Shown one piece after another: positions 1-10,708 of a stretch of DNA of 52,442 nucleotides. A model generated the notes under the pieces. It was given only the letters and a program-made list of their open reading frames with translations, was not told where the DNA came from and made no database searches. This stretch comes from Schizochytrium sp. TIO01. Taxonomy: Eukaryota > Protista > Bigyra: Labyrinthulomycetes. Position 1 is the stretch's first letter; the number at the start of each line of letters is the position of its first letter. The DNA lies in assembly GCA_004764695.1 (NCBI GenBank), contig SMSO01000008.1, forward strand, positions 1,086,775-1,139,216, read 5' to 3'. The translations under genes and the position numbers were made by a program.

Positions 1-80
1 GAGCAGTGTACGTTTTCCCCTTTTTTCTTGTAATTTGGATTTTCGGATAGGGAAAGCTTCCTCTAAAATTATGGTAACAG

Positions 81-1331
81 TCTTCAATTTGTGGAACTTG
101 ACGTCGAGGAAATGCAAGAACTTGCATCGCTTCTTGAAAAGGAAAAATTATTGAAAAGCCTATGGTACGTTCTCTTTCTCGCACGTAGATGTCTCATCTA
201 AGCAAACCAAAGCGGGTTCATTGATTTGTATCATCGAGAATAAGCTAACTCTGAATTTATTGGAGTGTCACATCATAGCCTCTCCCATAACAGTATGGGT
301 CCAGAAGGCGGGCGTGTGCTTGCAAAAGCCCTAAAAGCGAACACCTCCCTGGAAACACTAAGGTGAATTCCCTTTTAAGGTGTCTCACTACTGTGTGACA
401 GCTAACCAAGTGATAATCAACGTGTATTGATATGGTCTTTCTTAGATTATGGAGCAACGAAGTCAGCCTACGTGGCTTATGCGCAGTTGCTGACGTCTTG
501 CGAGTGAATACTTCATTGAAACCCCTGAGGTAAGCAGAAGGCGATCGTATATTCAGAGATTCGCATTCCTCAAATTGGCTACTCACTTGCCCTATGAAAT
601 ATATGCGCTTACTCTACCACTTTCAGCATTGCAGATGACCCTGTCTGTGCTGAAAGTGCAGTCGCACTTGCAAATGCATTGCGTGATAATACAACGCTGC
701 AGTCTTTCGCGTAAGTTCAACTCCAGCGTGAAATGTGCAATAGCCCTTTACTTACTTTTCAAAACAGTGTTTGGAGCAACGAGCTTGGGGCCGAATCAGC
801 AATCAAGATTGCTGAAGTCATACAGTTCAATTCAGTCCTGATAGATTTAAAGTAAGTACTTGATGCCCCCTTGTTATTCTACGGATCACTAACAGTAGCC
901 CATGTATGGTCTTTGATGTGTTCATCATGCAGCCTTTCCCGAGATGAGCTTGGGCCCAGGGACGCAGAAGTCATTGCAGGAGCTTTTAAACTAGATAGAT
1001 CTCTGCTCAGCCTTGAGTAAGTTTTATCGTGAAGGGATTTTGGGTTTTCCACCTGACTAACCCAAGACTAATCTCTATATGTCGCTCTTTATTTACTAGT
1101 ATATCATGGAACAATATCGGCAACGAAGGCACCAATGAGCTTGCAAAAGCCTTGGCAGAAAACGCCTCGTTGAAGTCTTTACAAGGCGCATAGATGACTC
1201 TATTGAATTTTTGGCATGGGAAAATGCGCAAACTATTTGCTAACCTATTTATCGTACAATGGAATTACTTCGAGCGGCGGATGTGCTCTTGCACAGGCAT
1301 TGCGGATTAATACAGGATCAGAAATTTTGGT
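81..1331 (+). CDS. LRR gene A (RI-like/NLRC3-like 28-aa repeats), 5'-partial, 3' end degenerate; 84-bp exons 81-164, 279-362, 446-529, 627-710, 768-851, 933-1016, 1100-1183, 1248-1331
   Basis: The first six exons are exactly 84 nt, bounded by AG/GT, phase 2 (e.g. LSHNSMGPEGGRVLAKALKANTSLETL). The last two are LRR-coding (e.g. ISWNNIGNEGTNELAKALAENASLKSL), but the 1184-1247 gap between them lacks GT and AG. Confidence 0.8.
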
Positions 1332-1718
1332 GTACGTTTTGAGCAAGCACATATGCATGGTTGAATTCTCCTCATCACTTTGCGTGTCATTGCTCTGTTT
1401 GATTCTACAAGCACTTTGAATAATAAATTGCAGAGCTGTAGCCTTTTGCCTTTTGGAGATTGGTTGGGTCAACTTGTGGCAAATATATGGCTCTCTGTAT
1501 AAAAGTCCGTCGATTTATTGCTAGTAGTAGATCTGAATATATGGCTTAAGAAAGTGAAGGAGGAAACCACTTTGTGAGGGTATAAATAAGCAGAAGAACC
1601 TGGCAGACTCATTACAGCGTCCTACAGTGGTTGGAATGCAAAAGCTTTTGGTCAGAGCTTGCTACTTATATATGTTCTATTGTGTAATATTACATAGACT
1701 AAAACAAAGATTATATCC

Positions 1719-1957
1719 TATTTCGAAGTAATGTTCAGCTAGGTGGCTTACCCTACCTCAATTTAAACTAACCTAACTCTACAGCCCGACACTCTTTGCC
1801 TCAACATGGTACACTCATCCTAGAACATCAAGAACCAAGTCTCAACCTTTTTACTTTCACCTTCGTCGACAGGCTTCACTTCATTACTTCGTCTGAGTTC
1901 GCCATTTTCTTGTCAGACTACATATGTACACTCTACTACACAAGCTAATATGCAATA
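1719..1957 (+). mobile_element. Diverged solo LTR related to the Copia-2 LTR
   Basis: Starts TATTTCGAAGTAATGTTCAGCTA (Copia-2: TATTGAAGTAATATACAGCTA), contains CTAACCTAAC and CTGAGTTCG..CTTGTCAGACTAC, and ends TGCAATA. No clear TSD. Confidence 0.65.
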
Positions 1958-2256
1958 ACCTGTTAAAGAGTACGTAACGATTTCGGAGAAAGTGTTGTGT
2001 CTGTGATACTACACTGGTCCCTACGTTTAATGAAGTCCTTGTGCAAAATTAGAAAAGCGCAAAACTCCACAACCTTCGTGTCGTAGTGTCCAAAGATTGA
2101 TGGGAGCGTGTGCGAGGAAGTTGCGTATCCCAGGCTCTCTGATGGTAGATTGGAGCAGCGATCAGATGTCCAAAAATATAAATTGGTTGCAAGGAGGTGT
2201 AAAGAAATGGAAACAAATCGCCAGATTTAGAGTTGCAGAGATTCGTTTATTTTTAA

Positions 2257-5200
2257 TTATTCCAATCTAAAATCTGCGCCAACAATATCTGGTGTTAGCA
2301 AAGGTGACAATAACTCTTTCAGAACGAGTCGAAGATTTCTATCCTGAATTTGTGCATTCCAGTACTCACGCAGACGTTCTGCGCGGAGCAACCGCCACGC
2401 TTCACGAACCTGCTCGAATGAACCAGGGAAATATAGATCTTGCCCAAGTCTTCTTGAACACTCTCTCACATGAGTATTGCAAGCATCTTCATACTGAGAA
2501 CTATACCCAAGACACCAAGCGCAGAAGAGGTGTCCACAAGCATTATTACCACATTTTACAACGCAACAACCCTCAAACTCATATACATAAGTATTACAGT
2601 TCGGACAACATGTGCTCAAGATGTTCTCTTGAATATGCAGTAAATGCCGCCGTGCGTCACTAGTTTGTTCTTCTGCACGTAAAACTTCCGCTATACGCCT
2701 TTGAATCTCTTTCTCAGCCCAAACTGCTGCCTCACTTTCTGCCTTCATCTTCGCAATCAACAAAAGATGATTCAAAGCAGTAGGTGCAAGACGGGTGATT
2801 TCTTGACCTGATATCCTTCCACTACATTCAGGTTTCATGCATGCCATCGCCCCATCAACATCCACCCTTACGTTAGCAAGTGGTTGTGCCGCCGCTTCTA
2901 CTGCAGATTCGATACAGCCTCTGCAAAGGAAGTCCCCCTCCTCGCAGCTCGTGCCCTCAGAAAGCCGATGCTTCTCGAAACATACAAGACATTCCTTGAG
3001 AGGGATTTGTGGAGCTCCAAAAGCTTCATGTTGGAGTGCTTGACGAGCGCTTGGACGTTGACTTGGGTCTGTCGCGGTAAGAGCATCGATAAGTGTCTGC
3101 ATTGCAGCAGTCCGATCAGTGGGATACAACTCTTTTAAGCTTATGCCCACAGAGTACATGTCCATTGCTGTTTCAAACCTATCTACAGGCCCATTCTGCA
3201 ACTCAGGGGCAACGTACCGTGGCGTTGCCTGAAGTGATGTGTAAGTTGCAGTGTAGTTTGCAACCTTGATGCCGTCAAAGTCACCGATCAATGGTGTCCC
3301 GTTGCTTGTGAGGAAAATGTTTTCTGGTTTGATGTCACAATGCACAATGCCGTGGGCATGTAAATCCGCCACACCGATAAGAAGACCCACAGCAAGTCGG
3401 TCACGTGCTTCTTTGCCTTCGCTAGGATGGCTCTCAATCCACTTGGCAAGGTCACCTTGCTCGTAGAAAGGCATGACGATACAACCACGTGACTCTCCAT
3501 GTGTCATGTCCACAAAAGCACCAGTGATACGTATTACGTGCTGGGACACCACTTTGCCCAGATTGGCAACCTGCTGGTAGAAAGTTTTCGATTGACTTCG
3601 ATGTCCAAGTTGAAACTCTTTGAGAACCATAGTTTTTCCAACGTTGTCAAGAACCTTTTGGACTTTCTTGCCACCTCTAAAGGATAGGGGCTCACCGACA
3701 CGCTGAAAGTCCGAGACTGTCACATTCGTCAACCAAAGGTCAGAACATGCTACTTCAAAAACACCCTCTGCAGCTACGTGAAGCTTTTCTAGCCAAGCTC
3801 TATCCTGCAACAACTCAGGATAATGTTCCTGCGCGTGTTGCAGAGTTTCAGCAAGCTTATGACGAAAAACTTTGCTGAGCTCGATAGGGTTGCCTTTAGA
3901 AAGAATGCGCTTCTGTTTCTTGATTCGATTTCTAAAATATTCTCGTTCTTCCTCTTCCAGGTCCTCAGCTTCGAGATCTTCTCTAGCTCTTTTTAACCTC
4001 TTTGCGGCTTTTCTCGACTTGTCAAGTTTCTGATACAATTTCTCAACATCGAAGACGGAAGGTTCTTTCAAACCCAGTAATGCATAGTCATATAGTTCAG
4101 ATAGCTCTTGTGGTGTGCACTTGCTCGCTTCATTCAACATAGTGTTTTCACAGTATGATTCGAAACGAGCGAACGTTGAACTTATTGCGCAAAGTATCTT
4201 GGACAGGTGGGCACTAAGTGTATCTCCTTGAAGCGCTTCAATCTCTTCTTGAAGAGCACGCTCAAGCTCAGATAATTCGGGCCCGAGATTCATGGCCTGC
4301 TCAGGTATCCTAAGAGCAACCCATAATCCATCACCAAGTTCTAGCTCAGACAATCGAGAGACGACGCATTTTGCAGCTTGTTGGCTTCGTTCGCCAATGT
4401 TGTTTGGTCGGCCATCTCCATTCTTCATGTATCCTTCGACGAATTGGGCAGCCCGAGCAACGAGTTCTTGGCAATGTTTGAAGTCATCTGTGCTGGTCTC
4501 TTCAGTAACCGGTGCAAGGTCGATCTTTAAATCGTGTACCAAACTTTCAATTCTCATTTTGAAATCGCGGACTACATCCTCATCACTTTCGCAGAGGTTT
4601 GCGCGAACCCATGGGTACACGACCTGCATAAGTGAACGTAGGCGGTCTCGTTCAGCATTCCGCTTTTCGATGAGACTGGGCAAACCATAAGCAGAGCTTG
4701 CACGAATTTGGCCTTGTAGCGCGTCAAGACTCTCTTTAGAGTTCTTGATATCAGCGGAAACCTGTCGCAACTTCACTCGGCCAAAGTAGCCCTGGATCGC
4801 CGGTCCTACGAATATCTCAAGCAAGGCAATCCCAGTCTGCAAGGAATTTCCTCTGACCCCGCCTCGGTCCGCGCGCAAGTCCGAGACTTTCTTGGCAAGC
4901 TGCACCACATCAGCGAAACTCACGCTCGCTCCATCCGGCCGTTCTCTGAGGCGAACAAGAAGACGTAAGTAAACGAGCAAAACGATGGTGAAGCAGCAGC
5001 AAAAGCAGAAGCAAAAGTTAGTATCCCCTACATCTTAATAACACAATTCGTGAAATGAATGATTACACGATCCCAAACAAAGATTAACCGCATGAACTTA
5101 CCCGAATCCATCCAAAGTAGCAAGCCCGGCGTCATTAATGCCATCTTGCTCGTTCTTGGGCTCTGCAGAAGGCTCGCTTTCTGACGCCTCTACGGAGTCG

Positions 5201-8200
5201 GCATCTAACGAAGAATCGGTAATTTCCTCTCCAGGAGAACACACCCTTTCGAACAATCGTTTAGGGGTCAAAGACAAGCGCAGACCATCGAAACTGCGGC
5301 GTTTTGTAACAAATGTGAATACACGAATGAAAGTGAATAAGAGCGCTTGTTAGAAAAACGGTGAACGCATCTAAATGGGGCCTCGCAAGTCCATGGAGAC
5401 ATGGAGAGAACCATAGAAGGCAAGGCTCTGCGCAAGCTGGGAATATCAGCAGAGGGAACGGAACTTACGAGATTTTAACAGAAGGACATGCTTTATGCAG
5501 AGACTTTGCGACAGCCTTTGCGCCCTCCGAGCCAATGTTGTTGCCAGAAAGACTGTGAGTAGTATAATGAATAAGTTTGTTTTGTTGATTCGTTGTCAGG
5601 AAAGACAGGTCCAGTCAGTTGATCCTGTTTTGTTTTGTTTTTCCTCACAATATAAAGCAATCACCTCTTCTTCTGCTGCTGATGCTGCCTATCAAATTAT
5701 ATAGATTTCCTTCTTCTCTTTGTAAAAAAGTAAAGACTTCTTTGCCTTTCTTTGCGTACCCAACTACGTAAACTACTTAGGTAGTGTACCAGCAGTACTA
5801 CAAACACCAAGCACTAAAAAGAAAGAAAGAAAAAGCTTGGTCCTGACTATTACGATAGCTTTCCCTCGTGGATGATTCCACAAACGTACTTCAGATTAGT
5901 CAGGTTCTTGCATCCCTCGAGTGCCTTTGCGACGGCCTTTGCGCCCTCATCGCCAATGTTGTTCTACTGAAGACTGTGAGTATAAATGAATAAGTTTGTT
6001 TTGTTCATTCGTTGTCAGAAAAGACAGGTCCAGTCAGTTGATCCTGTTTTGTTTTGTTTTTCCTCACAATAAAAAGCAATCACCTCTTCTTCTTCTTCTG
6101 CTGCTGCTGCCTATCAAATTATATAGATTTCCTTCTTCTCTTTGTAAAAAAGAAAAGACTTCTTTGCCTTTCTTTGCGTACCCAACTACGTAAACTACTT
6201 AGGTAGTGTACCAGCAGTACTACAAACACCAAGCACTAAAAAGAAAGAAAGAAAAAGCTTGGTCCTGACTATTACGATAGCTTTCCCTCGTGGATGATTC
6301 CACAAACGTACTTCAGATGAGTCAGGTTCTTGCATCCCTCGAGTGCCTTTGCGACGGCCTTTGCGCCCTCATCGCCAATGTTGTTCCACTCAAGACTGTG
6401 AGTATAAATGAATAAGTTTGTTTTGTTCATTCGTTGTCAGGAAAGACAGGTCCAGTCAGTTGATCCTGTTTTGTTTTGTTTTTCCTCACAATACAAAGCA
6501 ATCACCTCTTCTTCTTCTGCTGCTGCTGCTGCCTATCAAATTATATAGATTTCCTTCTTCTCTTTGTAAAAAAGAAAAGACTTCTTTGCCTTTCTTTGCG
6601 TACCCAACTACGTAAACTACTTAGGTAGTGTACCAGCAGTAGTACTACAAACACCAAGCACTAAAAAGAAAGAAAGAAAAAGCTTGGTCCTGACTATTAC
6701 GATAGCTTTCCCTCGTGGATGATTCCACAAACGTACTTCAGATGAGTCAGGTTCTTGCATCCCTCGAGTGCCTTTGCGACGGCCTTTGCGCCCTCCGAGC
6801 CAATGTTGTTCTCCCTAAGACTGTGAGTATAAATGAATAAGTTTGTTTTGTTCATTCGTTGTCAGGAAAGACAGGTCCAGTCAGTTGATCCTGTTTTGTT
6901 TTGTTTTTCCTCACAATAAAAAGCAATCAGCTCTTCTTCTTCTTCTGCTGCTGCTGCCTATCAAATTATATAGATTTCCTTCTTCTCTTTGTAAAAAAGA
7001 AAAGACTTCTTTGCCTTTCTTTGCGTACCCAACTACGTAAACTACTTAGGTAGTGTACCAGCAGTACTACAAACACCAAGCACTAAAAAGAAAGAAAGAA
7101 AAAGCTTGGTCCTGACTATTACGATAGCTTTCCCTCGTGGATGATTCCACAAACGTACTTCAATTCTTGAAGGTTCTTGCATCCCTCGAGTGCCTTTGCG
7201 ACGGCCTTTGCGCCCTCCGAGCCAATGTTGTTCCAACCAAGACTGTGAGTATAAATGAATAAGTTTGTATTGTTCATTCGTTGTCAGGAAAGACAGGTCC
7301 AGTCAGTTGATCCTGTTTTGTTTTGTTTTTCCTCACAATAAAAAGCAATCAGCTCTTCTTCTTCTTCTTCTGCTGCTGCTGCTGCCTATCAAATTATATA
7401 GATTTCCTTCTTCTCTTTGTAAAAAAGAAAAGACTTCTTTGCCTTTCTTTGCGTACCCAACTACGTAAACTACTTAGGTAGTGTACCAGCAGTACTACAA
7501 ACACCAAGCACTAAAAAGAAAGAAAGAAAAAGCTTGGTCCTGACTATTACGATAGCTTTCCCTCGTGGATGATTCCACAAACGTACCCAAGATGAGTCAG
7601 GTTCTTGCATCCCTCGAGTGCTTTTGCGACGGCCTTTGCGCCCTCATCGCCAATGTTATTCTCAGAAAGACTGTGAGTATAAATGAATAAGTTTGTTTTG
7701 TTCATTCGTTGTCAGGAAAGACAGGTCCAGTCAGTTGATCCTGTTTTGTTTTGTTTTTCCTCACAATAAAAAGCAATTAGCTCTGCTTCTTCTGCTGCTG
7801 CTGCTGCCTATCAAATTATATAGATTTCCTTCTTCTCTTTGTAAAAAAGAAAAGACTTCTTTGCCTTTCTTTGCGTACCCAACTACGTAAACTACTTAGG
7901 TAGTGTACCAGCAGTACTACAAACACCAAGCACTAAAAAGAAAGAAAGAAAAAGCTTGGTCCTGACTATTACGATAGCTTTCCCTCGTGGATGATTCCAC
8001 AAACGTACTTCAGATGAGTCAGGTTCTTGCATCCCTCGAGTGCCTTTGCGACGGCCTTTGCGCCCTCCGAGCCAATGTTGTTATACCGAAGACTGTGAGT
8101 ATAAATGAATAAGTTTGTTTTGTTGATTCGTTGTCAGGAAAGACAGGTCCAGTCAGTTGATCCTGTTTTGTTTTGTTTTTCCTCACAATAAAAAGCAATC

Positions 8201-8744
8201 AGCTCTTCTTCTTCTGCTGCTGCTGCTGCCTATCAAATTATATAGACTTCCTTCTTCTCTTTGTAAAAAAGAAAAGACTTCTTTGCCTTTCTTTGCGTAC
8301 CCAACTACGTAAACTACATAGGTAGTGTACCAGCAGTACTACAAACACCAAGCACTACAAAGAAAGAAAGAAAAAGCTTGGTCCTGACTATTACGATAGC
8401 TTTCCCTCGTGGATGATTCCACAAACGTACTACAATTGTTGAAGGTTCTTGCATCCCTCGAGTGCCTTTGCGACGGCCTTTGCGCCCTCCGAGCCAATGT
8501 TGTTCAATCTAAGACTGTGTTTGTTTGTTTGTTTGTGAACAAGTGAGAGTAAGTATATGCCATTTCCAACTTCTTCATTAGTGCCACTACTAGTTCAAAA
8601 CTATTCTTCTTCTACAAAGCTGACTACTACAACACATCGACGACGCGATGCCTCCTTCTTCTGTCTCCTCCTTTCTCCATCGTGCACTTACCGAATCTCC
8701 GTCGTATCTTCTCTGATGTCCTTAATGCTCTTTGCCACAGTCAT
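2257..8744 (-). CDS. LRR gene B: spliced LRR(8) - coiled coil - Ser/Thr kinase - RING - Rcat/RING2-like protein; exons 8744-8692, 8514-8431, 8092-8009, 7670-7587, 7242-7159, 6820-6737, 6395-6312, 5973-5890 (contains TAG), 5552-5469, 5293-5102, 4945-2257
   Basis: All ten introns are GT-AG and phase 2; the spliced length is 3606 nt (1201 codons plus stop). Kinase motifs: VLKE, HCDIKPEN, DFDG, YVAPE, DMYSVG. RING: CLVC..C..LCRGC..CMKPEC. C-terminal zinc domain: CPNC..EGCCVVKC..CGHLFCAWC. The ORF-track start at 4980 is intronic. Confidence 0.85.
5469..8517 (-). repeat. Tandem array of ~422-bp intron+exon cassettes (8 exons, 7 near-identical introns)
   Basis: Periods 421, 422, 425, 422, 428, 422, 422. 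Length variation comes mostly from (CTT)n(CTG)n and AGT triplet slippage in the intron. Confidence 0.95.
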
Positions 8745-8841
8745 CGTGTTTTGCAGCAGTGAGTGTCACCTTTGATGGATGGATTGATCAATCGCGTTGA
8801 TTGACTTTGCTTGTCTTTGTCTTCGCTTTGCTTTGGCGCTC

Positions 8842-8844
<3 letters not shown>

Positions 8845-8886
<42 letters not shown>
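8845..8886. repeat. (AG)21 microsatellite upstream of gene B
   Basis: Direct reading. Confidence 0.95.
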
Positions 8887-8889
<3 letters not shown>

Positions 8890-9384
8890 TTTGAGTCTTC
8901 GCTCGCGCTGCTGATCAGGAACGGAGACTTCTGCTCTCTCTTCTTCTTCTCCTTCTTCTTCTTCTTCGCAGCAAGGAAGGAGGAACGGGCGGACTCCTCG
9001 CGATGCCTCGCAAGTGCCTCAGTAGACCAAGCCTCGCCCACGAACAGCGAACGCGTGGAGGGGTGTGGCACGCGAGAGGTCGCGGGTGCGTGGATATCGT
9101 GCGCGCGCGCTGCCTCGTGTTGCGGCTTTGCGGCTTTGGCGATGGCATGGTATTCCCTTTTATTCCTTTCCTGTGTTAAGGTCCTTTGCCCTTTTGTTTA
9201 AGGTGCTTTCACTTCGTTTCTAATTTATCCTGGGAGCGCAAAGGAGGAGTCTAGTCTTGAAGAAAGACGAGGAGGCCTCGTGCTTCGTCTAGGTCAAAAA
9301 CAAGGCAGGAGGCGACACGAGGAAGGACTCCATCCCTTTATGGTCGTGCAGATGAAGAGAGTTAACGCATAGAACTACTCTTCA

Positions 9385-9387
<3 letters not shown>

Positions 9388-9416
<29 letters not shown>
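9388..9416. repeat. T29 homopolymer
   Basis: Direct reading. Confidence 0.95.
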
Positions 9417-9422
<6 letters not shown>

Positions 9423-10013
9423 ATTTTATTAAATAAATATAAGAAATTAAGTTGGTGTGTAAAGCAAAAGGATGTTGAATTTTGATTGCCATGGCGTATT
9501 GTGTAATGAATAGCAGGCAAGAAAAGATCCTTGTATTGAGGTCTATTTGAGATAAGAGGTGGGAGCTTATTGAATCCTTTTGTTGCCGTTGATGAAGTCT
9601 TGGAGCGACACAAACTCGCAACTGTGTCATTGAGGAGCGTAAAAGAAAATAATCTTGATATAGCTAAAGCTTGGGAGAGAATGGAGAACAAGTCGACAAT
9701 TTTCGGATTTCAAAGATGTGTCGAGTCGTTGGATATTTGCTTCACGGCTTCAATGTGAAAAACGCAAAGAGGCGCTTTCAACGATCAGAGCTACTGGCGG
9801 CTGCGACCAAAGGTGTGCCAGAAAGAAGGGAAGGAAAGTTTCAAAAAGAGGAGAATCTTTGACCGAGAGTAGATGCCTGATTGCCTTTCTTGCATTGCTT
9901 TTAATCCTCTTCGGGCAGGTTTATTTTCATGAAATTAATCTTTAATAATATTGTGATATCAACCGTGGAGTTGCTTTCTTTTAGTGCTAGGGATAAAAAT
10001 AAAAGGAGAAAAA

Positions 10014-10132
10014 AACATTCAACACCGGGGCTTCGCATGCAGTCCCCTATCATACTACTGACCCGGCCCTACGCGACTTTACTTCTCAGTGCGAATGAGA
10101 TGAGGTGTTACCCGCGTGGTATGATCGAATGT
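10014..10132 (-). rRNA. 5S: 5S ribosomal RNA gene
   Basis: Minus strand reads ACATTCGATCATACCACGCGG..CATCTCATTCGCACTGAGAAGTAAAG..GGGCCGGGTCAGTAG..GAAGCCCCGGTGTTGAATGT, ~119 nt. The termini pair (ACATTC/GAATGT), a T7 Pol III terminator follows, and a TATATA motif lies ~25-30 nt upstream. Confidence 0.85.
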
Positions 10133-10598
10133 GCTGAAAAGTTTGTGCATACTCAATATATACATAGTATTAAATGGGTTGTTATTTACTTCTTACTTCT
10201 ATGACTATCTAGTTTTTAGTAGGTATTACTAAGGGATAGTACTGCTAGAACCTCTGGAGCAATATCACTGCAACTGCAAAAGATATTCTAGTAGTAGGAT
10301 TTAGGAAATAGGAATAGTCTTGAAAGAGCGAGAAAGAAAGGAGGTCAAGCACCGAGGCTTAGTAGGTAAGGTTAAGTTCAAACTAGTAAATATCCTTTTA
10401 CTTCGAGAGCACTAAAGAGTATCTCCTTCTTAAGGAGAACCATAGTAACTCAGTAAGTCCGCACCTCTGTCATCGACTTGCAGCTTTACGTCCAGCAGGT
10501 TCGAAACCTTCTGCAACGACTGGGGCTGCGCCACGAGCTTAGCTGAAGGGATATAAGCACTCGTACGCTGGTTCAGGTATAGATCTTTACTTGCTGCG

Positions 10599-10675
10599 AT
10601 GTCGGACTACCCAAGTGTTGTCGCTGCCCTTGAACAGCTTCAGAATGGTGCTACAATTTTAGAGTAAGTTAACAA

Positions 10676-10708
<33 letters not shown>

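Noticed and set aside
4946-5030. Hydrophobic or Cys-rich segment suggesting a transmembrane helix before the kinase ORF
   Set aside because: It lies in the pyrimidine-rich intron end (CTAAC, then CAG at 4948-4946); the phase-2 acceptor fits the gene model.
5964-5966. TAG reassignment (alternative genetic code)
   Set aside because: Single instance; the three long ORFs contain no in-frame TAG.
5996-7890. Repeated 65-aa plus-strand ORFs (MFCSFVVRK...)
   Set aside because: Antisense readings of the repeated intron; they start at TTG, and the poly-Leu comes from the microsatellite.
5890-8514. Diversity-generating retroelement mechanism
   Set aside because: DGRs mutate template adenines, yet the adjacent AAC AAC codons are almost invariant. 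There is no template repeat, and the only RTs here are Copia-type.
5469-8517. CRISPR-like array (constant repeats with variable inserts)
   Set aside because: The units are ~422 bp, the variable parts are codons inside spliced LRR exons, there are no cas genes, and the context is eukaryotic.
9388-10132. 5S-derived SINE with poly(A) tail
   Set aside because: A T7 terminator directly follows the 5S, and no TSD was found around the putative element.
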